Shown one piece after another: positions 11,747-23,575 of a stretch of DNA of 64,000 nt. The stretch is from Malacoraja senta. Lineage: Eukaryota. A program made the position numbers and the translations under genes. The stretch spans positions 248,001-312,000 of the forward strand of contig JAXLNO010000573.1 of the NCBI GenBank assembly GCA_038087875.1. The letters run 5' to 3'. Positions within the stretch are counted from its first letter, which is position 1. Each line of letters begins with the position of its first letter. The notes beneath the pieces were generated by a model. That model was not told the DNA's origin. It did no database searches and was given only the letters and a program-made list of their open reading frames with translations.

Positions 11747-13100
11747 GGACTAGATGAATAGTTATGTTTTCTGACCTATGGACCTATCTCCTAAGTTTAG
11801 CAATGTTACAAAATTTTGAGATTTTAAAAATAAAGTCTGCAATTTATCCCATCAGATAAAGCATAAAAAGAAGTTTAATTTGACACCTAATTCATTTTCA
11901 TATCTTCAGTATTAAAAATGTTATGGCCATTTTCATATTCGGAAATTAGCATCTTGTTCCCTATTGCTTTTCCATTGACTTAACACAAAAGCTGTGATCG
12001 AGGACAGTCAAAAGCCCATAACTTTCTTAAAAATTAAGAGAACTGAAAGAAATTTTCAGTTATTATAGATTGAAGCATTCTGAAACAAATATGAAACAAT
12101 CTTACTTAGATGACATGAAATTAAAGCATATAATTAGTTAGTTACCTAATTGTAGCTAATTACAAAATTCAATTTATTAGATCTAAACATCTATCAATTT
12201 CTTAAGAATAGATTAACATTTTTAAATAGCCTAAGTGTCCAAATAACATTCACACAATAATTCACAATATAACATAATTTTTAAATCTCATTGTCATGAA
12301 TTTACAGGCCAAATGGAAGGAATTGAATGTTTAATACCTGTAAATTAATGGGCATTTAAATCATTTTGCGAGTGAGGTTTTCCAGAACGCGATCTTTTGG
12401 AACGTTCATTTGCGGTGAATTTAACCCCGTATCGGCATGAAAATTCTGCCGTTAATTCGGGGAATAAAATCACCGTTTCGCATGAAAAATGTGAATTAAA
12501 GGCTTCCTAAGAAGCACTTTTATACATTAAAATATACCACTTTCGTTTACCTGTCCCGTGTGTGAAATCCGCCCCGTTGTCGGCGTTGACGGCTTCAGAA
12601 TCTGATTTTAAAATGACTCCAGCGCTGACATTGTCGATTTAATAAAAATAAAAAATACACAAAACGCCCCTAGGAACGATTTTTCAGGAAACGCTTGTAC
12701 TCCAACGAAATATAATACAGGACAAGGTAGGAGAAACCCGCGTTTTAACCCCGCCCCCCCCCTTAAAGGCACCAAAATAGCGCACACGGCCAGTGGCAGA
12801 ATTACAACGCCGCTGAGGGTACGTATTGTAACATACCTACTAAGTTGTATTATTGATAGTTTATCTTATTTTTTTTCTAATTTCTTCTCTTTATTTCTTT
12901 ATTTTTCTTATCTATAAACATAAATAAATAATTTGAGGTCATGTTAATATGTAACCAATAAAGGAGGATCCCAGCTACTTTGGTAACTGGATCCCCGGAA
13001 CCCTGATACTTAATATGTAATCGTTAAACAAAGTTTGTATTGGTTTGGACTATGATATGCAGATACCTCTAATAAAAATTTAAATAAAAAAAATAAAAAA
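11747..13100 (+). mobile_element. 5'-truncated L1-type 3' tail insertion (AATAAA + A-rich tail) carrying a nested DNA transposon
   Basis: Flanked by AAAGAGTACA on both sides; same tail occurs inverted at ~38931-39045. Confidence 0.7.
11798..12839. mobile_element. Non-autonomous TIR DNA transposon (1042 bp), superfamily unassigned
   Basis: Ends TAGCAATGTTACAA / TTGTAACATACCTA; flanking direct repeat CTAAGTT (11791-11797, 12840-12846); related partial copy at 21161-21729. Confidence 0.8.
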
Positions 13101-13573
13101 AGAAAGAGTACAAACCCTGATCAAACCATCACAACTCAGATTCTCACAATACTACAATCTAAACAATTACAAATATTTAATTCAAACACACTTTTACTTC
13201 AATTATCCAACACCCAAAAATCCGTAAGCACTCACACACGCAACAATACAAATGGCGGTCCGCGAACTAAGCACACTCTAAATCTTAACTTTCTAAATCT
13301 TAATACACTCTAAATCTATTTACATACACAAAATATTTACACAATTCGGATCCGATAACAACACAAAAATCTAGATTTTTACAATTTACAAAAATGATTT
13401 AAAGTGCTGGCGCACAGTTTACAAACACTCGATCGCAACGCCACGTCACGCAGTGAACCCTTCCCTCCGATACCGAAGATTTTCTCCTTCCTAGGTTACT
13501 CTTTGCTGAGGGGTACTGCTCCTTAAATGACTACTTTTCCTCCCGAATGTTACTATCCTCACGCTAAGACTGG

Positions 13574-14444
13574 ACTTCTGGAAGTGGAAGTGGCGGCGCC
13601 TAACGGCAGCGGCTCGTCTGCAGTTCGTCTGTCTTTTTTTATTTTTGTCTAGTTAAATGTAGTTGTTTGTGTTTTTTATATTGTTTTTAACTGTGTATAT
13701 GTGGGGGGCGGGGGGGGGGGGGGAGGGGGAAACTTTAAAAAATCTCTTCCCTGTATGGAGGACCCGACCTTTCTCTGTCGGGTCTCCGTTGTCGTTGGGG
13801 CCCAGCACCGTGGAGCGGCCTCCAACCGGAATGACCTGGGGCTCCAGTCGCGGAGCCTGCGGACTACTCACCATCGTGGAGCTGGCCGAGTTCGGAGCGT
13901 GGAGAGCTGCGGTGACGCGCGGCTGTGACCCGACCCCGGAGATTCGGAGGCTCCAGCCGCAGGTCTGGTGGACGGTAACATCGGGAGCTTGCGGGTCCCT
14001 CGTGGGAGACCGCTTTTCGGGGCTCCCGCAACGGCAACTTCTCCCGCCCGAGTTGCGGGGTTGAAGATGACCTGGAGCTGGGTCTAACATCGCCCGGCAC
14101 GGCTTTAATGGCCGCGGGACTTGCTAGCGCTACCGGGGGCTCCAACATACAGACCCGGAGGGCGGCCTTGCATTGCCCGGCGCGGCTTTAATGGCCGCGG
14201 GACTTATTTTCCATCGCCCGCCGGGGGCTCTGACTCTGACATCGGGAGGAGAATGGGGAGTGCAGGGGAGAGATAAGACTTTGCCTTCCATCACAGCAAG
14301 GAGGAGATTCGCTGTGATGGATGTTTGTGTAAATTGTGTTGTGTCTTGGTTCTTTTTACTTGTTTGTATGACTGCAGAAACCAAATTTCGTTTGAACCTC
14401 ATTTGAGGTTCAAATGACAATAAATGGTATTGTATTGCATTGTA
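13574..14444 (+). mobile_element. GC-rich non-coding retroposon with Rex1-like 3' tail
   Basis: Ends TGACAATAAA followed by (ATTGT)n; relative in reverse orientation at ~40020-40610; no real coding motifs. Confidence 0.6.
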
Positions 14445-15399
14445 TAGGGGGACCTCTATCCCTCCTCTCTAAGTTCTACAGAATTAGGGGTACCCTTCGC
14501 ATTCGGATAACTTTTCACCAAGTAAATCAGGTTCCCGTCTCTCAGGTACCCTTCACTATCAGGTACTAATCAACAATCGACCAGAGGGTTACTATTCACT
14601 GTTGATCAGCCGCTATTCGGAATCGATCACAGACATGCACAAACTCCGAAGTTCAATCTACGCAGAATTTGAATTCAACCTACGGGCAGAACTTCAATGT
14701 GAAATTCTATATTTGGAAATTTGATTCTGTAAATCTAGACTCGTTCTCGAACTCCTAGTCTTGGTGCATACCACTCCACATACGCTGGCTCGCTAATTCA
14801 AACTAAATTGCCCAAATGAAATCTCTAATGGACCACCGAGCCCAGTACCTTTACGAGGTTCCTCGTCCGTCACTCCAGGGAGGGACTCGGACACCTTCAT
14901 GGAGACACCCCTCTCGGCTGGGCACTGAGGGTTCATCACGTAGCCTCTGCGAGCTGGCAGTCGATGCCGATTTGCAGAACGCACCTTTCCAATCAGCGAT
15001 CCCGGCAAAGATAGATCAATACGTAGACCAGACCTGTGTTTCACTACCCCACCAATTGGATACCAATCTGGACAGTGGGCCACCCCTCGCCCAATGATGC
15101 GCGTCAGGCTCTCGTTAAAGCAGCTGCAGTCTGCCAACTATGACCAGGTTTTGAGCCACTCCACACCCTGTTTTATGGGCCCCTAACCCAAAGGAGCACT
15201 AACCACCTCCCGTGCTTGCTAGACTCTATTCTAATGATCTCGGTTGACCCTTTCCCAGGCCCGCGAATGATCGATCCGCTCTGACTAGCGAAGTGCCGAA
15301 ATTCAATGCGAAAACCGCACATTGGACCCAATCTCTACACTCGCGATCAACACAGCTCAACACCCTCGATCGCAAACTTGCGTTTGGGGGTCCATTGAG

Positions 15400-15417
15400 A
15401 TCCCGGACAAGCCCCCA
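15400..15417 (-). promoter_or_regulatory. Primer binding site complementary to tRNA-Pro
   Basis: TGGGGGCTTGTCCGGGAT, one mismatch to the classical MLV-type PBS TGGGGGCTCGTCCGGGAT, 1 nt after the LTR's terminal CA. Confidence 0.9.
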
Positions 15418-15418
15418 A

Positions 15419-16169
15419 TGTAAATAGCTCGTTATAAGCTTCCCCCCAGTCTAGTTTCAGTCAAAAACCACTGAATGAAGCACTTGCGCATCTAAACTTT
15501 ATTTTGATAAAACACAATTACTGTTCAACTACTATACTTAATCACTCCTCGTATCTGCCTGATCAAGCCCTCTAGGCCTCGCTCAAACAGAGATACTCCA
15601 GAAGGTCACGCAGTCCTAAGCGTTCTCCCAGAAGATCGACACAGGACCTCGTGGTAGCCGTCTTTTATAGGTCCCCAGACCTCGAGGGGCCGAACGACAT
15701 GGGGGTGATCTCTTTACAATCCAATTACAGATATCGATTAACTCCATACATGACAGACATTTCCCTAATCCAATAATACAGTGGCTAATGCATTGTATTC
15801 AAACAGTGTTTCTCAGACGAAACGAACATCACAACATGCGCCCTGATATGCAAGAAAACCAGACAAGGCTCAATACTTAATCCAATCAACATCCAGCAAA
15901 GTAAAGCTTTGCAACATTATGTACAATGTGCATGTCTGGTTTGCATTCATCCAATCCATTCTATGCATTTTGCACCTAATTGTCAGGGTCTACAGATGTT
16001 CCCATTCTCTTCCTGCAACTCTGATCTATGCTCTAGACAAACTGGCACCATTCTGCAACTTGTCCCATTTCTACAGAAAGCACACTTAAATTGACCAAAT
16101 GCCCTAGCAGCCCCGAAGCCTTTACTCAATTTTAGGGTCCTAGCCTCTCCAATTTGGCAAGGATTAACA
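15419..16169 (-). repeat. 5' LTR of the ERV-like element (~750 bp)
   Basis: Imperfect inverted termini TGTTAAT.../...ATTTACA, TATAAAA at 15663-15669 (-), AATAAA at 15498-15503 (-); outer end could be 16169 or 16175. Confidence 0.75.
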
Positions 16170-16175
16170 ATAACA

Positions 16176-16585
16176 GCATGATGGTCAGGGTAGTCTTTGA
16201 TGAAATTAGCTGCCTCTTTGAAACAACAATGCCTGTAGATTCCTTTAATGGTGGAGAGGTCAATACCCATGATTTGACTTAACAATGTCCAATACTTTCT
16301 GCAACCCCCTTTTTTGTTGAGCATTTGAGTTACTAAACCAGGCTGTGATGTCTCCAGTCAGTATGCTCTCAACTGCATACCTGTAGTTCCATGGAGTATT
16401 CAGCAACATGCCAAATCTCCTCAAACCTCTGAGGATGTAGAGGCATTGATGAACATTCTTTGTGACTGCATTAATGTGCTGGCCTAGAACTAATCTACAG
16501 AAATATGAACACACAGGAACTTGAAGCTGTTGCCTCTCTCCACCTCCATTCCATTGATGAAGACAGGTTCATGGATCCTCGGCAT
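16176..16585 (-). mobile_element. Old Rex1/Babar LINE 3' RT fragment
   Basis: LYILRGLRRFGM, AVESILTGDITAWF, IYRHCCFKEAANFIKD. Confidence 0.75.
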
Positions 16586-17534
16586 TAAAGAAGGAAAATG
16601 TTCACAAGGAAGTTACCATGACTGGAGGATTATAAAGAGAGATATGGGCTGATTAAGGATAGTCAGTGTGAACCCTATATCCACAGTACTACTTAAGGGA
16701 CTTGTTTGATTGCAGCTGCCTGTATCTGACATAAACCTCATGCTCTGACCAGAGCCTCATTATGCCTCATCAGCCAGTGTTCCCTAATCCTGCTCTCACT
16801 CTAACAGGATTATGTTGACCCTGAGCGATCCCATCTCATGTTTAAAAGCTTCCTACTCACCAGATGTCTCATTACCTGCTAACAGCCGCTCCCAAGCACC
16901 ATTTGGACGTTCCTGTCTAATGCCATCAATATTAGCCTTGTCCTAATATAGGACTTTAACATGTGGACCTGTCCTATCTCTTTCCATAATTATTTAAAAA
17001 CTAATATAATTATGATCACTGATCCCAAAATGTTTCCCAAGTGACATTTCATGTATTCTGCACCCTTATCTATTAGAACTGTCCCAGCCAACATTAGGAA
17101 GGTTACAATTGCCTGCTGTGACAATATTATTCTTACAGCTATCTGTAATCTCTTTACATATTTGCTCCACTAAGTCCCACTGTACTAGACTGAGATTTCT
17201 ATGGTACAATCTCAGAAAATTGATCATCCCATCTTATTGCAAACTTCTACCCATACAGCCTCACTGGCCATTTCCCCACAAATGTCAATTTTAAGCACCA
17301 GTTTGATGTTCTCCTTAATCATAACTGCAACTCATCCTGCTCTCATACCTCCACCTCTTTCACAGATTATGATATCTCTACCCCACAACATTGACCTTCT
17401 AGTTCAGCCTATCCCACAACCAAGTTTCTATAATAGCTATAATAAAATGTTCCCATGTGCAAATCCATGCCCTGAGCTCATCTGCCTTACGTGTTAGGCC
17501 TCTACTGAAACTTATGTTTTTTTTTCTCACTTTT

Positions 17535-17946
17535 AATTTAGTTTAGAGATACAGCATGGAAACAGGTCTTCGGCCCACCAAGTCCGCACTGACCAGCGAT
17601 CCCCGCACATTAACACTATCCTACACACACTAGGGACAATTTACACATACACCATACCAATTGACCACCATACCTGTAGTCAGGATCGACATTTATGTTA
17701 CATGACTGTAAGGAAAATCCATTTCGTTGTCTCTCATGAGATAATGACAATAAATTGAATACAATACAATACAATACCTGTACATCTTTGGAGTGTGGGA
17801 GGAAACCGGAAGATTTTGGAGAAAACCCACGCGGTCATTGGGAGAACATGCAAACTCCGTACGGACAGCACCTGTAGTCGGGATCGAACCCAGGTCTCCG
17901 GCGCTGCAAGCGCTGTAAGGCAGCAACTGTACCGCTGAGCCACCAT
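17535..17946 (-). mobile_element. HE1/V-SINE-type SINE, interrupted by a short LINE-tail insertion (~17690-17776)
   Basis: B-box GGTTCGATCC, V-domain GAGTTTGCATGTTCTCCC, (CTAAA)n tail. Confidence 0.85.
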
Positions 17947-18331
17947 CCGCCCAATTACAGTTCTGATTAAACATTTTGTTCCGGGGGATACATCATCTCT
18001 ACTCCATTGTAGGGATTGAACTTTGTCTATGGAACTGGTGGACTACCATGCTGAGAACAAAATTCTGCACTCTGCATCTTTCCCTTTGCTCCACCTATTG
18101 TACTTGAGTTTGATTTAATTGCATTTATGTATATTTTGCATCTGATCTGATAGGATAGCATGCAAAACAAAGCCAGTCACTGTACCTCGGTACATGTGAC
18201 AATAATAAACCTAAATCCTAAACCTAAACATTAATTGTTTCTCTTTCCATTGTCCTGCTGAGTGTTTCTAGCATGTTCTGTTTTAATTTCCGATTTCCAA
18301 CAACTGCAGTTTTTAACTTTGCATTACTAGA

Positions 18332-18635
18332 TGGCCCGGTGGCAAAGCAGTAGTGTTGCCGCCTTTCAGCACCAAAGACCCGGGTTCGATCCTGACTACG
18401 GGTGCTCTCTGTACGGAGTTTGTACGTTCTCACTATGACCTGCGTGGGTTTTCCCCGGGTCCTCCGGATTCCTCCCACACTCCAAAGACGTACAGATTTG
18501 GAGGCTAATTGGCTTGACAAAAATTGTCAATTGTCCCTGGTGTGTGTAGGATAGTGTTCGTGTGTGGGATTGCTGATCAACGGACTCTGTGGGCTGAAGG
18601 GCATGTTTCCATGCTGTATCTCTAAACTAAACTAA
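18332..18635 (+). mobile_element. HE1/V-SINE-type SINE
   Basis: GGGTTCGATCCTGACTACGGG, GAGTTTGTACGTTCTC, TCTCTAAACTAAACTAAA tail. Confidence 0.9.
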
Positions 18636-19553
18636 AATAAAAAATTTAGTACAATGCAAAATGCTTTTATCTCATTGCACTTCCTGCGAACATAATGGGT
18701 CCCATTTACTGTACTGAAGATGGAAACAATATTATTTTTCAATGTTTAGGTTTCCCATCTGCTATCATTTGGCGTCCACCCTATGCATGAATCAGTAATT
18801 CCAGCATCAGACTGTTTCAAGAGGAAGTGGGCACAGAGCAACCATTCTAACAAGGACTGAGGATATGGGATATTATTTCAGTATTACATACAATTAATAT
18901 TAGCAATTAAAAGATGAAATATAGACCATGTTTTATGGGTCTACTCACAAATCAATTTTTCTTGGTGAATAATCTGGAAAATTATTTATATGTGTTGAAC
19001 AGCTGCCACATCTTCTAGGTTGAATTTGTATCTGCGGTTCATTCAATTTATTTCTTAACCTCAGTGAATTTGTACAAAAAATGCTTCTTTGAGCCACACA
19101 TGGTTTTGCCCTGATGTTTCAGTAACACACTTTTTATTCCTTACTCCTCTTATTTTATTGAATTACATTCTTTAAATTTTCCTTTTCACATGGTGCACCA
19201 TTTCTTATGATTAACCTGCCTTTTGCCCTGCCATTAGTTTCAGACTGACCAATAATATTGTCTTTTCCTCTGTCCAACCACTTTTTAAAACAATTTATTC
19301 TTTGAGCTGTAACCTAAGCTTAAAGCAGCTGTTAGAGCAAGGCTGTGGGACATAAAAAAAAGAAAACAGAGAACAAACATTGATTACATAATCACATTTG
19401 TGTCACAGCTATGATCTTAAACAAAGATATGAATGGTCAAGGTATTGAATAAATAGACTCTGAGATGATCACACTGAATGGTTGGAATCCTAGAACAAAG
19501 ACCTGTATGGTCATATGAAATGTACTGTTGTTGCACAGTGTTGTAGTGATAGA

Positions 19554-20451
19554 GATTCAAGATTCAAGAGAGTTTATTGTCATGTGTCGCAGATAGGACA
19601 ATGAAATTCTTGCTTTGCTTCAACACTACAGAATATAGTAGGCATAAATAAATACAGAACAGAACAGTGTGACCATATACCAATGAATATATATATATAT
19701 ACACACATAAATAAACAGATAAAGTGCAATGGGCTATTAATGGTCAGAGTTTTGTTTGAGTTATTTAATAGCCTGATGGCTGTGGGGAAGCAGCTATTCC
19801 TGAACCTGGATGTTGCAGATTTCAGGCTCCTGTACCTTCTACCTGAAGGCAGCAGGGAGATGAGTGTGTGGCCAGGATGATGTGGGTCCTTGATGATGCT
19901 GGCAGCCTTTTTGAGGCAGCGACTGCGATGAATCCCCTTGATGGCAGGGAGGTCAGAGTCGATGATAGACTGGGCAGTGTTGACAACTTTTTGCAGTCTT
20001 TTCCTCTCCTGGGCGCTCAAGTTGCCGAACTAAGCCACGATGCAACCGGTCAGCATGCTCTCTACTGTGCACCTGTAGAAGTTTGAGAGAGTCCGCCTTG
20101 ACATACCGACTCTCCGTAATCTTCTCAGGAAGTAGAGGCGCTAATGAGCTTACTTTATAATTGCATCAGTGTTCTCGGACCAGGAGAGATCTTCAGAGAT
20201 GTGCATGCCTAGGAATTTGAAGCTCTTGAGCCTCTCCACCATCGACCCGTTGATATAAGTGGGACTATGGGTCCCCATCCTACCCCTTCCAATGTCCACA
20301 ATCAATTCCTTGGTTTTGCTGGTGTTGAGAGCCAGGTTATTGTGCTGGCACCATTTGGTCAAACGGTCGATCTCCCTTCTATACTCTGACTCATCTCCAT
20401 CAGTGATACGTCCCACAACAGTGGTGTCGTCGGCGAACTTGATGATGGAGC
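19554..20451 (-). mobile_element. Rex1/Babar LINE 3' part (continuation of the 23576-25918 copy)
   Basis: IIKFADDTTVVGRI, LALNTSKTKELIVD, LLPSGRRYRS; (CTTGAAT)n tail. Confidence 0.9.
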
Positions 20452-23400
20452 TACGCAGTCAAAAAAATTAAAATAAAGATGGCGCGGCCCTGTCCAGTCG
20501 CCGTCGTGGCAGCTCCGCGAAAACTGTGCGTATTTTTAACTTTCATGTTCCTTTTAACTTATTTCTAAGTTCCAACTCCCTAGTACTAACAAAGTATGGC
20601 AGTGAAACCCTCTTAAATCTAAACCCTAGCATAAACGGAGACTTTTTAAACGCTGTACTTACCGATCCAGCGTGGCCAGCAGAGATCAACAGAACGCGCC
20701 GCGGCATCAACAGTGGGAGCGCGGCTCCAAGGAAAACCCGGAGAAAACATCGGGGTAAGCAGGGGGGGGGGGGGGATTCAGAATAGGCTGAGAGCCCAAG
20801 CCTTTCGTCCTCCTCTGCCCAGCATTCTTCTGGCGAACGTTCAGTCCCTGGAAAATAAGCTGGATGACCTCAGGGCGAGAGTCAGATTCCAGCGGGACAT
20901 AAGGGACTGCAACATCCTCTGCCTGACCAAAACATGGCTGACCTCACTGATTCCGGATCAGGTAATCTGCCCAACTGAGTCCTTCACTGTCCATCGTGCC
21001 GACAGAACAGAAGCACCTGGGAAATCCAATGGTGGAGGAGTCTGCCTCATGCCTCATGACCAATAACAACTGGTGCAATCCTGTAAATATCAAGATGCTT
21101 TCCTGTTCCTGCTCGCCGGACCTGGAGCACCTGACGATCTCATGCCGTCCATTCTACCTTCACACAAGAATTCACAATATAACATGATTTTTAAATGTCA
21201 TTGTCATTCATTTATAGGCCAAATGGAAGGAATTTAATGTTTAATTCCCGTAAATTAATGGCCATTTAAATCATCTTGCGAGTGAGATTTTCTGGAACGC
21301 GATCAATTGGAACGTTGCATTTGCGGTGAATTTAAACCCCATGTCGGCAGGAAAAATACTGCCGGTTCGTATGGGGAATAAGTCACCTTCTCGCAATGTG
21401 AAATTTTGATTAAAGTTATCCTAAGAAGCACTTTTTTATGAAAAAATAAACTGTGTACCTTGTTCACAGTTTATTTTTCACGGCTTTAGAAGATGATTTT
21501 TAATTTACTACAATAATTAAATTAGTAAGCGCAGTTTAAAAATAATTCCAGAGAACGGCAATCAAAGCGATTTTTCTTCATCAACTATATAGCCTGTTCA
21601 AGATTGATTTGAATAGGCTTCAGAAATACCGCATTTTAAACCCGCCCCCCTCTCAACGGCGCCAAAGTCGCGCACACGGGCAGTGACAGAACTGCAGCGC
21701 CGCTTAAGGTAAGTATTGTAACATACCTAAATAAAGTGCTACCGACTGCGAAGGGCGGTGAAGGACGCAAAAAGGAAGTACAGAGACAAGATGGAGTCAC
21801 AGATGGAGCAGCAGGACACCAGACGCCTGTGGCAGGGGCTACGGACTGTAACCAACTACCGGAGCAGCCCCCCCTCAACTGGAAGTGCCGGCACCTTCCT
21901 AGCTGATGACCTGAACTCCTTTTACGCTCGTTTCGAGACGGGCAACATCACCCCAGGTCTGCCGACTAAAGACAATACCGCCAGCGTGCTGGCTATCGAA
22001 GCTGTAGGGAGGAATGTGCACACATTCTCGTTGTCCGAGCACGACGTGAGGAGGGCTCTGTCACGGATGAACACGAGGAAAGCTGCAGGCCCAGAGTACT
22101 TAAGTCCTGTGCTACGCAGCTAGCTCCGGTGCTCACTATAATATTCAACCTCTCCCTGGCCAAGACCCTGCCTGCTTCAAAAGATCCATCATTGTACCGG
22201 TACCTAAAAATGCCTCCCCAGCCTGTCTGAATAACTAGCGTCCGGTGGCCCTCACCTCGGTAGTGATGAAATGCTTTGAGAGGCTAGTCAAGAAACACAT
22301 CTGCGCCTTCCTCCCTTGCAACATGGACCCGCTACAATTCGCATACCGTCCGAACAGATCCACGGACGATACGGTCTCCCAGGTTCTGTACACCGCTCTC
22401 TCTCATCTTGACAGCCAGAAGGGGGGCTACGTGAGGATGCTGTTCATAGACTTCAGTTCAGCTTTCAACACGATAGTCCCCACCAGACTGGCCGAGAAGC
22501 TGCTGGAATTGGGGCTCAACACCCACCTGTGTGCCTGGGTCCTGGACTTTCTCACCACCAGGCCCCAGGTAGTCAAGATGGGGGGAAATACATCGAAGTC
22601 CCTCACCCTGAGCACAGGATCTCCCCAGGGTTGCGTCCTCAGCCCCCTACTGTACTCCCTGTACACACATGACTGTGTGGCTTGGTAATCAAGTTTGCTG
22701 ATGACACTGTGGTGGTGGGTCTGATCTCCGATAACGATGAGAAGGCCTACCGGGAGGAGGTGGCTGATCTGGCACTCTGGTGTCAGGACAACAGCCTCCT
22801 CTTGAATATCAAAAAAAACGAAGGAGCTGATCGTGGACTTTAGGAGGGCACATCATCCGAGGACGTACACACCATTGAGGATAAATGGGGATGCTGTGGA
22901 TAGGGTGAGCTGTTTTAAATACCTGGGAATCCACATCTCTGAGGATATGACATGGACATCACACGCTGCAGCACTGGTGAGTAAGGCAAGGCAGCACCTT
23001 TACCACCTCAGGCAATTGAGGAAATTCAGAGTGTCTCTGAGGATCCTCCAGTGCTTCTACTCAGCGGCTGTGGAAAGCATCTTGTCCGGAAATATCACGA
23101 TTTGGTTTGGGAATTGCTCTGCCCAGGACAAGAAGGCTCTGCAGAAAGTAGTGCGTTCGGCCGAATGCACTACGGGAACTTCACTCGCCCCCCTGCAGGA
23201 ACTATACATCAGAAGGTGCAACTCCAGAGCCAATAAGATCATGGGAGACCCCTTCCACCCCTGCAACGGACTGTTCCAGCTGCTACGGTCAGGCAAACGC
23301 CTCCATTGCCATGCTGTGAGAATGGAGAGGATGAGAAGGGGTTTCTTCCCAGAGGCCATTACGACTGTAAACTCCTATCTCTCCAGGGACTAACTTTACT

Positions 23401-23575
23401 GTACCATTTTACTGTTGTGTGGTGTCTTTTTAAAATTGCTGTTTTTTTCCTTTTCTTCCCTCCCACAAATATGTAATATGTGAATATGTGTTTGTGTTCC
23501 ATTCTGTTTGAAGTTTGTTTGTTTGTTTTTTTGCACAATCCGCGAGCATTGTGACTAATAAACTTGACTTAACTT
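20452..23575 (+). mobile_element. Rex1/Babar LINE, near full length, degenerate
   Basis: 5' AAGATGGCG, LPSILLANVQSLENKLDDL (APE), [39 protein letters not shown] + (ACTTG)n tail. Confidence 0.9.
21161..21729. mobile_element. Partial copy (right half) of the 11798-12839 TIR element family, replacing part of the Rex1 endonuclease
   Basis: Aligns by eye to 12251-12839 and ends TTGTAACATACCTA. Confidence 0.8.

Larger units (their letters stand above)
6004..16169 (-). mobile_element. Endogenous retrovirus-like element (tRNA-Pro primed), defective: 5' LTR, long leader, gag-like region, no recognisable pro/pol, no 3' LTR
   Basis: LTR with TATA and polyA signal, adjacent PBS TGGGGGCTTGTCCGGGAT, MG-start gag-like ORF, CX2CX4HX4C knuckle; interrupted by three insertions. 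Confidence 0.75.

Noticed and set aside
18332..18400. tRNA genes
   Set aside because: A/B-box heads belong to SINEs; no complete cloverleaf
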